Shown piece after piece: positions 40,801-50,100 of a DNA stretch of 64,000 bases. How positions within the stretch are numbered: position 1 is the stretch's first letter; every line of letters begins with the position of its first letter. The stretch is from Candidatus Latescibacterota bacterium. Its GTDB lineage: Bacteria; Latescibacterota; UBA2968. The stretch lies in NCBI GenBank assembly GCA_965204745.1, contig OZ242010.1, positions 4,128,001 to 4,192,000 of the forward strand. The letters run 5' to 3'. A program made the translations under genes and the position numbers. A model generated the notes under the pieces. The model had not been told where the DNA came from, did no database searches, and was given only the letters and a program-made list of their open reading frames with translations.

Positions 40801-43080
40801 TACGCCCAAGGATTCGATGCGGGAGGTGTTGGAGATTGCGCCGAACAGCCCGACGTCGGTGACGCCGCTACGGCTGATGAGCAGGTTGCTGATGGTAAAG
40901 CCGTTGCCCTTGAAATCGGCTGTGTAATTGTTGCCGGAGTCGTCGCCGATTGGCTCCCAGCCTTGGCCGCTGTTCCAGTAGGTGGCGTCTGCTGAGGTGA
41001 TTGCGCCATCGTTGTTCTCGTCAAAGTCCAAGTTGGCGAGCAGTTCGTAGCCGGTGCATCCCGAGAGGCAGCCCATGCGGGCACTGCTGCTGGTGTCGCG
41101 GCCGGGAAAGGCAGCGTCATAATCGGCGTGGGTAGCGTCGCCATTGCCGTTTAGGTCGTGGCGAATGGCGTTGAGTTGCGCCAGCGTGGTGATAGCGATG
41201 AGGCCATCGCCATCGGTATCGTAATTGGTGAGGCCTGTAGCACCTATGACCTCGACCGAGGATCCATCGCGGGCACCGGTCTTGGTGGCAAGGACACGCA
41301 CTGTGTAGGTCGTCCCCGTCGTCAAGGGAATCTTGTAGCGCGTAGCCGTGGTGGTGGCTTGACGCGCGGCGTCGTAGCTTTGCATGCCGGATTTCCACTG
41401 CACGGTGTATCCCGTCGCACGACTCGCCGCACGCCAGCCCACGTACAAAGTGTCCGCATTGGACGTCACTGCCACACGCGTCGGTATGCCCGGTTGCAAC
41501 GCAAGTTGCGCGGTGGTGTCCAGGCCGGCATACTTCAACACGGGGTACTGATTCGTCGCGCCAAAGTACCACGGATCGTCGTTGCCCGTTTGCCCGTCCA
41601 GATTTTGGTTCCAGTTGGCGTAGATGCTGCCGGTATAGCCGGTGGGGCTTTGGAGTGCGCTGGTGGTTTGAGCTCCCGTGGTGCTGCTGCTGGTGCCAGC
41701 GGTGGTGCTCTGCCCGGAGGTTTGGGTGTCCCAGTAGCTGTTGGTCATCGGGTTGGCTGAACCCGTCTGTTGTCCCGCCAAGCCGCCGGTGGCTGTGGTG
41801 CCGGTGCTGGTGTTGGAAACAGCGCCGATAGCATAGACGGCGCTTATCGAGTTGGCGTTAGTGACCTGCACTTGACCTATCAGGCCGCCCGCTTTGACGC
41901 CGGAGCCGGTGCCGGAAACGTTCCCTGTTGCGTAGCTGGAGCGCAGGTATTCGCCACTACCGAGATCCATCGATCCGATCAGGCCGCCCATTCTGAGGCT
42001 TTGGAGGTTGGTGGAACCGTCACCGGTGCCGTTGCCGGAAACGTTCCCGGTCGCGTAGTTGGCGTAGCTGGGACCCTGCATAAAACCTATCAGGCCGCCC
42101 ACTTGGCCGTTGCCGGTGCCGGTGACATTCCCGGTCGCGTAGCTGACGCTGACCCGGCCAGAGACCTGACCGATCAGGCCACCGACGAGGCCGGCACCGG
42201 AGCCGGTTTGGGTGACCGTTCCAGTGGCGTAGGTGGAGTCGACGCTACCGTCGGTTCCACCGATCAGGCCGCCTAAGAAAATCGTGTTGTCGCTCGCTCC
42301 GGTCACATTGCAGGTGGCGTGGCTATCGCTGACGGGCGCAGAGGCGTAGCCCAACAGACAGCCGAGATAGCCGATATTGCCACTGCTGGTGGTGTGGGTT
42401 ACGGAGCCGCCGGCGACGTAGCTCCCGCGCACCGCGCCGCCGCTGAGGCGACCCGCCAGAGCACCGGTTCGACCATAGTTTAAACCGGAGGTGGGAATGA
42501 AAGTGCGAGTGTTGGTGATATTCACGTCCAACAAGCCCACATCTCTAATCGTGCCGCTGACATCGCCGAACAGACCGACGAAACCGCCGCCGGTGGCAGT
42601 GCTGGTGTTGGAATTGATAAACAAGTTGGAAATGGTGTTGTCATTGCCGTCAAAGGTGGCGGTGAAGACGGTTGCAGCACCGGTGGCCGCAACACCGATG
42701 GGCGTCCAGCCGGCGCCGCTGTTCCAGTAGGTGGCGTCTGCTGAGGTGATCTGGTCATCGTTGTTCTCGTCAAAGTCCAGGTTGTTCATCAACTCGTAGC
42801 CGGTGCAGTTCCCGGAAGGGCAACCCATGCGGGTGCTACTGCTGGTGGAGCGGCCGGAAAAAGCGGCGTTGTAGGCAGTCGTATCGGCGGTCGAGGCACT
42901 TGCGTCTATGGCACCATCGCCGTTGAGGTCCCAGCGAATGGCATTCAGTTGCGCCAAGGTGGTGATGTCAATCAGGTTGTCGTTGTCCGTATCGTAGTCG
43001 GTTTGGGCAAAAGCCGGCCCTGATGCCACCAGCATGCCCAACGCGACCAGGGCCAAAAAATGAGCGGATCGGGAGGTCAT
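37847..43080 (-). pseudogene. Giant surface protein/adhesin B, split by a 1-nt frameshift near 40655
   Basis: ORFs 40564..43308 and 37847..40591 join as GGLVGYLYNG/SLTISTSYS..GGLVGARF; signal peptide after GGAGGAG RBS; two tips, FN3-like domain, stalk, Calx-beta x2, dockerin-like x2. Confidence 0.85.
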
Positions 43081-43097
43081 TTTGTCGCTCCTCCCGA

Positions 43098-43120
43098 GGG
43101 GGGGGGGGGGGGGGGGGGGG
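43098..43120. repeat. G23 homopolymer
   Basis: Counted directly; paralogous site in C (55688..55692) has G5. Confidence 0.85.
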
Positions 43121-43347
43121 TACACTGTACTGATCATCCTAACAGATTGTTTTGCAATAAAATAGAACCACACGCCAAGATGAGAATGGGCGACATGAAC
43201 CCCTCTTTTTTTTGGAGAACGGTGGCCTCCAAACAGGTTTGAACAACGTTGAAAAATGGCGGTCAACATACAAAACCTCCTAAAAAATATAACGAGTTGT
43301 GCAGGCATGGCTTTTGCCTGCGGGCAAAAAATAACGACGGTGGAGAC

Positions 43348-43377
43348 AAGTTAAGGTACCACATTGTTTTTTGTCAA
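43348..43377 (-). promoter_or_regulatory. Putative sigma-70 promoter of gene B, conserved upstream of gene C (~55918..55947)
   Basis: TTGACA (TTGCAA in C) followed by conserved GTGGTACCTTAACTT. Confidence 0.55.
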
Positions 43378-43386
43378 GGAAATTTT

Positions 43387-43584
43387 GGACCTACCCCTGG
43401 CCCCGTTACTCGCAGGAAGGAGGGAATGGCGACAGGGTGTGCGAGGGATTGTGTGTAAGGGTTTTTGGATTTTCATGGCGTGATCCATTCGCCCAAAGCC
43501 ATCAAAACAGCCCTGGATGCAAACCTTTAAGAAAGCCATGCGCTCCCCCTTTCCTTGTAGGAAAGGGGGCCGGGGGGATAGGTC
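43387..43584. repeat. MITE-like palindromic element copy
   Basis: Core near-identical to 4931..5127. Confidence 0.85.
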
Positions 43585-43607
43585 TATGGCGGTAGGGCGG
43601 TGGGGGG

Positions 43608-43652
43608 TAATCCGCGCAATCCCCTAATCCGTTTAATCCGCGATTCAGACAC
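43608..43652. repeat. AATCC(G/C) 9-nt periodic repeat ending GATTCAGAC (copies ~56417..56462 and inverted ~29127..29160)
   Basis: Direct comparison. Confidence 0.7.
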
Positions 43653-43712
43653 GGGCAACGGGGTGGAGCGGATGGGCACGCTCATCGCTCTAAAACAAAA
43701 TGTCAACAGAAC

Positions 43713-43781
43713 CTCGTTCATGTCTTTGGATGATGGGTTGCGGCTTGCTTCTTACTCGCTTTCTACTCTCAATTCGCATTG
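43713..43781 (-). repeat. 69-bp inverted repeat, right arm
   Basis: Pairs with 37349..37417. Confidence 0.9.
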
Positions 43782-43807
43782 TCAGTAGTCAGTAGTCAGT
43801 AGTCAGT

Positions 43808-44991
43808 GGCGTTGTTGCATAAATGTTGTCGTGGCAAAGTTCGTCCCTTTCCCGCGAGATTTAAGCCCCTCTTTCTCTGGGATAGGACACGGGTTTCGCG
43901 ATCCTCATCATGCGATTGAGCACCGCACATCCCAACCGCGCTTCCGTTTCTTGGTTCTCCTGATTTCGCGCACGCAACTGCCGCCCAATGCGTTGTTTGT
44001 AGCGGCATAGTTGGGTTTCAACGACCGAGCGACGATGATAGCCACGGGTGCGTTTCCACTGTCGGCGGCCTTGACGCCGGATGGCTCGGATGATTTCATC
44101 GCGGGCGAGGCGGGGCGCCTTCCTGTTTCCGTGTTGTTCAATTTTCGCGTCATGGCGCGGGGGAATCAGAGGTCGGATGGGGGCTCTTTGTTTGGGGGAA
44201 GCCAAGAGGTTGAAGACCTTGCGTTTGTCATAGCCGCCATCTGCGCCCATCATATCACAGGGGCCAGGACTTGATCGAGCAAGGGTTTGACCTGCGAAGC
44301 GTCATCAACGCTTGCCGAAGTCAGGGTCTGTGCGACAAGCTCGCCGGTGGCCTCATCGACGCCGATGTGCAATTTGCGCCAAGTCCGGCGCTTGCAAAAG
44401 CCGTGTTGACGCACCTTCCATTCCCCTTCGCCATACCCTTTCAGGCCGGTAGAATCCACCACGAAGTGGATCGGCGCATGATGGGATTGGACAGGTAAAT
44501 CCACATTCAAATCGCCCTGTCGCCGGCAGAGGGTCGTATGATCGGGCACACGCAAAGCCACCCCCATCAATGCCAGGATGGACTTGAGAAACCCCTCGGT
44601 TTGACGCAGGGGCAAGGCATAGACCAAGCGCACCATCAATGCCGTTTGAATAGCCAAATCTGAAAAGGTGTTTTGCCGCCCCCGTTGCGTTGGCCCTTGA
44701 TGGTACCACCCCCGAAGGGCTTGCGGCGTGATCCAAAACGTCAGACTGCCCCGCTGCTTGAGACCGGCCTCGTAGGCCGCCCAGTTCCGGATCCGATAGA
44801 CAGGCGCACAGCGCGGGCGACGCGGGCGACGCGGGGACTTGACGGCGGGTTTGGAAGCGGTTATCTTGGGCATGACAGGTTCCTGGTGAGAAAGGGTGAG
44901 TTGTTTTGGTGATCTATATGCCCAATCTACGAAGGAGCCTGTCTTTTTGCAATCCCAACTTGCAGGAAATTGCTATTTATGCAACAACGCC
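43808..44991 (-). mobile_element. IS5 family, IS903-group insertion sequence
   Basis: 17-bp perfect TIR GGCGTTGTTGCATAAAT; transposase motifs YEAGLKQRGSLTFW, DSTGLK..GEGEW, WRKLH, ADGGYD, GYHRRSVVET. Confidence 0.93.
43861..44873 (-). pseudogene. IS903-like transposase, frameshifted near 44250
   Basis: Split into ORFs 44250..44873 and 43861..44253 just before the second catalytic Asp. Confidence 0.85.
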
Positions 44992-45036
44992 GTTGTCAGT
45001 TGTCAGTTGTCAGTTGTCAGTTGTCAGTTGTCAGTT
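44992..45036. repeat. Heptamer tandem repeat (GTTGTCA)n
   Basis: About 6 copies abutting the IS right end. Confidence 0.9.
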
Positions 45037-45289
45037 GACTAATTCTAACGAACATAGCGGTGGGGAGCGAGCGGGGACTGACCACTGACTACTTGGGTGG
45101 TAGGGTCAGGTGGGGGCTGACCACTGACTACTGTCAGTTGTCAGTCCACCCCGCTCCATCAGGCCCCCGTGCTTGTCCTCTTATCCGGCAATGGAAACTG
45201 ACTGCTCCTTCTCCTTGACTTCCCGCATCCAAATCCCTACCATGCTGACCGCGATGCCAGTGCCGAATCCTCGAGTCTCGTCTTTTGCT

Positions 45290-46018
45290 ATGACTACCGT
45301 TCTGCGTCTCAACATCTGGAGCGGCCCTCGAAACGTCTCGACCGCGCTCATGTATGCCTTCGCGCAACGGGCTGACACCTGCGTCATCGACGAACCCCTC
45401 TACGGTCACTACTTGCGCGTGTCTGGTGCCAAACACCCGGGCGCACGCGAAGTCATGGCGCACATGGACTGCGACGGGGAAAACGTCATTCGCAACATCG
45501 TACTCGGCCCATCACCTCGTCCGGTGCTCTTCATGAAACAGATGGCCCATCACCTCGTCGAAATTGACCGCGACTTCTTCAACCACACGCACAACATCCT
45601 GCTCACGCGCGACCCCATCGACATGTTGCCCTCACTCGCCAACCAACTCGCCACGCCCACCTTGCGCGACACCGGCTACAAAATGCAGGCCGAACTCTTG
45701 CAAACCTTTCGCGCCATCGGTCAAAATTACCCGGTCCTCGACGCCCGCGAACTACTCAAAAATCCGCAACGCGTACTCGCAAAACTCTGCGATGCCCTGA
45801 ACCTGCCCTTTGACCCGGCCATGCTCACATGGCAGGCAGGCCCTCGGCCCGAAGACGGTATTTGGGCAAAACACTGGTATCACAATGTCCACAAATCCAC
45901 GCGCTTTCAGCCCTATCGCCCCAAACCCGACCCCTTCCCCGAGCACCTGCGCCCGCTCCTCAATATCTGCCAACCCCATTACGACCAACTCTACGCCCAT
46001 GCCATCAAAGCGGAATAA
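45290..46018 (+). CDS. Sulfotransferase-like protein
   Basis: WSGPRNVSTALMY.F, DEPLY, EDGIWAKHWY. Confidence 0.8.
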   Translation: MTTVLRLNIWSGPRNVSTALMYAFAQRADTCVIDEPLYGHYLRVSGAKHPGAREVMAHMDCDGENVIRNIVLGPSPRPVLFMKQMAHHLVEIDRDFFNHTHNILLTRDPIDMLPSLANQLATPTLRDTGYKMQAELLQTFRAIGQNYPVLDARELLKNPQRVLAKLCDALNLPFDPAMLTWQAGPRPEDGIWAKHWYHNVHKSTRFQPYRPKPDPFPEHLRPLLNICQPHYDQLYAHAIKAE

Positions 46019-46025
46019 TCGTCTC

Positions 46026-46934
46026 ATGTCCCTCCAACTGCCCGACCCGCGCAACGAAAACATCCTCATCCATGTCGGCGGTGAATTGTTGCCGCGGGAA
46101 GACGCCAAAATATCGGTCTTTGACAGCGCGGTTCAAGGCGGCGACGCGGTTTGGGAAGGCTTGCGCGTGTACGAGGGCAAAATTTTTCAACTCGACGCGC
46201 ACCTCGACCGGCTCTGCGATTCGGCCAAAGCCATGGCATTTTCGGACATCCCCTCCCGCGCCGCGATCAAAACCGCGATCTTTGACACCCTCAAAGCCAA
46301 TGCCATGCGCGATCAAGTGCATATTCGGCTCACCCTCACCCGGGGCAAAAAAACCACATCCGGCATGAGTCCGCACTTTAACCAATCCGGTTCTTGCCTC
46401 ATCGTGCTCGCAGAATGGAAACCGCCGGTTTATGCCGCTGAGGGCATCCGCCTGATCACGGCCTCTGTGCGCCGCAATCCGCCGATGTGCATCGATTCCA
46501 AAATCCACCACAACAATTTGATCAACAACATCCTCGCCAAAATCGAGGCCAATGTCGCGGGCGTTGACGACGCGATCATGCTCGACATTTTTGGGTATGT
46601 TTCCGAAACCAATGCCACCAACATCTTCATCGCCAAAAACAACGCGCTGATAACCCCCCATGCGGATTCCTGCTTGCCCGGCATCACGCGCCGCGTCACA
46701 ATCGACATCGCACGCGCCGCGGGCATCGACGTCACCGAGCGCAATGTGTCCCTCTCCGAGGTCCATACAGCCGACGAGGGCTTCACCACAGGCACGATGG
46801 GAGAACTCTCGCCCATCCTCAAAGTTGACGGGCGCCCCATCGGCACTGGCAAACCGGGCCCCATCACCAACCACCTCCGCCAACAATACGCCGAACACAC
46901 CGCCACCCAAGGCGACCCCATCCCGTTTTTTTGA
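46026..46934 (+). CDS. Class IV aminotransferase (BCAT/ADC lyase-like)
   Basis: GDAVWEGLR, SKIHHNN, ETNATNIF, LPGITR, TGTMGE. Confidence 0.88.
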   Translation: MSLQLPDPRNENILIHVGGELLPREDAKISVFDSAVQGGDAVWEGLRVYEGKIFQLDAHLDRLCDSAKAMAFSDIPSRAAIKTAIFDTLKANAMRDQVHIRLTLTRGKKTTSGMSPHFNQSGSCLIVLAEWKPPVYAAEGIRLITASVRRNPPMCIDSKIHHNNLINNILAKIEANVAGVDDAIMLDIFGYVSETNATNIFIAKNNALITPHADSCLPGITRRVTIDIARAAGIDVTERNVSLSEVHTADEGFTTGTMGELSPILKVDGRPIGTGKPGPITNHLRQQYAEHTATQGDPIPFF

Positions 46935-47012
46935 ACTCGCTATCGACTGATTTCTACACTTTTGGGCGACCACGCCCTAATTTTGTCGTTCCGTCCATAC
47001 AAATTATGCCCA

Positions 47013-47056
47013 TAAAAAGCCCTCCTGTTTTTCGCAGGAGGGCTTTTATTTTTTTA
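47013..47056. terminator. Bidirectional intrinsic terminator
   Basis: AAAAGCCCTCCTG...CAGGAGGGCTTTT with A/T runs on both sides. Confidence 0.8.
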
Positions 47057-47101
47057 TTTCCGGCCCTTGCCTTTGGTTCTCGCTTTCGCATCTTTCGTCG
47101 T

Positions 47102-50100
47102 TCAACCTGATGAGCCAAAGTTATCGGCGAAGATGAAGAAATCGGCAGAGTCAATCTGACCATCGCCATTGAGATCGCACCGGGCGTCGTATCGCTCCTG
47201 ACCGAGCCGCGAGCCGAACTTGCTGGCAAAGATCAAGAAGTCGGCGAAATTCACATTGCCATCGCCATCGAGATCGGGCGAGGGGAGCGAGACTTCGAGC
47301 GTGAAGGGCAACGAGGCCACATCGCCATCGACGTCCAACGCGCTCAAGGTGTAGGTCGCCTGGGCCTTCGCCTCACTCGGCAGACCGGAAAGGGTGCGCG
47401 TGGTCAGGTCAAAATTCAGACCATCAGGGAGGAACGGTAGCAGGATATAGACCAACATACCATCGCCACTGCTCGCTTGCGGGAGCATGAGGGACGCGAT
47501 CTCTTGGTTGACGAGATAGCTTTGTGCGGCGATAGTCGTATCGCCAAAGGTGGGCATCAGATCCGGGACTGCAAGGGTGAACGTGAAATGCGCCTCATCG
47601 CCATTGCCATCTGTGGCGGTCAGCGTGTAGGTCGTCTCGTCCATCGCCTTGATCGGTGTGCCAGACACGATGAGCGTTTCGGCATCAAAGGTCAAGCCAT
47701 CGGGCAACGCGGGGGACAATGCGTAGGTCAGCGGTTCATCGCCACCGGTCGCTTGCGGCAGCGTCAAGGACGCGATCTCTCGATGTTGCATATAGACCTG
47801 TGCGGCGACGGTCGTATCGCCGAAGGTCGGTATCGGATCGGTCGTCACAGAGAGGGTGAACATCAGGGTGGCCTCGTCGCCATCGCTGTCTGTGGCGGTC
47901 AGGGTATAGGTCGTTTCGGCTATCGCCTCGAGCGGTGTGCCAGACAACACTCGGGTCTCGGCATCGAAGTTCAAGCCCTCGGGCAGAACCGGGGTCAGTG
48001 CGTAGGTCAGCGGGGCATCGCCACCGGTCACTTGCGGAAGCGTCAAGGACATGATCTCTTGCTTCCGCGTATAGGCTTGGGCGGTCACACTCGCATCGCC
48101 AAAGGAGGGCGCCACGTTCGCAACGACGGTGAGGAAGAAACTCAGGGTGTTCTCATCGCCATCTTCATCTGTGGCGGTCAGGGTGTAGATCGCTTTTTCT
48201 ATCGCCGTGGTCGGCGTGCCAGATAGCTCCCGCGTCTCGGCGTCAAAGGTCAACCCCTCGGGCAGACCCGTCAGGCTGTAGGTTAGGTCCCCATTGCCAT
48301 CTATTGCCACGGGCAAGGTCAGCGGTTCAATGGCCTTGTCTTGCCGATAGCTTTGCGGATCAACCGCCTCGGTGAAGGTCGGCTCCGTATCCGGATCCGG
48401 CTCTGGCTCTGGATCCGTCGGATCTGTGGGCGCCTGGTCGTCGTTGGTGATCGTCCCGGTGCCGGTCGTCACAGCCAAGGCCGCGTTGACCGCGTTGCTC
48501 AGCGTCACAACCACGGTCTCATCCGGTTCTACCGCCGCATCGCCGATGACCGAGATGTCGATGGTCTTGCTGGTTTCGCCAACCGCGAAGGTCAGGGTCC
48601 CTGCGGCGAGCGCGTCGTAGTCCGTCCCCGAAGTCGCGGTGCCCGTGCCCGCGTCTGCATACGCCACCGTCACTTGTGACCCACTCGCAGAACTCAGCGA
48701 AACCGTGAAGCGGAGGGTGGGGGTCGTCCCTGCCGCGCCCTCGGCCACGCTGGGCGAATCGATGCTTAGCATGACCGCGTCATCGTCGATGATCGTACCG
48801 GTGCCGGTGAGGGTCGCGGCACTGCCGTAGAAGATGGCGCCGTTCGGGTTGCTCAGGCGCACGGCCACGGTCTCATTGGGTTCATCCATTGAATCGTCGA
48901 GCACGGAAACGTCAAAGGTCTGGCTGGTCACGCCTGCCGCAAAGGTCAGGGTCCCTGCGGTAAGCGCGGTGTAATCCATCCCCGAAGTCGCACTACCCGT
49001 GCCCGCGTCTGCATACGCCACCGTCACCTCTGCCGTGTGCGCCGGGATTAGGTACACCCGAAAGGTCAGGGTCGCGCTGGTCGCGCCTTCAATCACGCTG
49101 GACGAACCGATACTCAGCGCAGGCATGCCATCGTCGTCGATAATCGTCCCGGTGCCGGTGAGGCTCGTAGCACCGCCATCAAAGGTGGCATTGACCGGGT
49201 TGCTCAAAGTCACCACCACGGTCTCGTTCGGCTCATCATCCCCGTCGTCGCTCACAGAAACAGCGATAGTCCGGCTGGTCACGCCTGCCGCAAAGGTCAG
49301 GGTTCCTGCGGTGAGCGCGGTGTAATCCGTCCCCGAAGTCGCGCTACCCGTGCCCGCGTCTGCATACGCCACCGTCACCACCTTGCCGCTTTCTGCATTC
49401 AATCTGACGGTGAACATCAGGTCATTGTCCTCAGCCACACTCGGCGAACTGATCGAGAGCATCGGCGGCGCGTCATCATCGGTGATCGTTACCGACGCCC
49501 CGGTCACGCTCCCGGTGCCTTGGCTGTTGGTCATTGCGCCCGTCACCGTCACCGTATTGTCCGCCGCGTCTATGTCGTTGTCCACGCCGGTGATCGTCAC
49601 CGCATCCGTGTTCGTCGTCGCGTCCGCCGCGATGACGATGGTGTTGTCCGAACCCACCGTATAGACGTTTGCCACCGCCGCCACTGTGATCGTCGTCGCC
49701 GCGCTCGATGGATGCGACAGGGTCGCGCTCACCATCGCCACGCCGCCGTTCTCCGAAAAGGACTGCGGCGACGCGCTCAGGGTCACGTCCGGCGGATCGT
49801 CGTCGTCTGTCAGCGTCACAGTGCCGGTCACATTGCCCACGCCTTGGGTGTTGCGCGCCACACCGGACACGGTCACGTCGCGATTAGGCTCGTCTCGGGG
49901 GTTGTCCACCGCTGTGATGACCACCGTGTCCGACGCGTTCGCCGTGCTCCCTGCCGCGATGGTTATCGTCGAATCCGAACCCACGGTATAAGCACCCGCC
50001 ACCGGGCGCACCGTGATTGTCGTGATCGCGCTCGACTTGTGAGACAGCGTCGCCGTCACCGTCGAAACCGCGCCGTTCTCTGAAATCGACGCGGGATTCG

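Noticed and set aside
43300-43330. c-di-GMP-I riboswitch in the adhesin leader
   Set aside because: Only a short GGC-RAAA-GCC hairpin; the rest of the consensus is not seen
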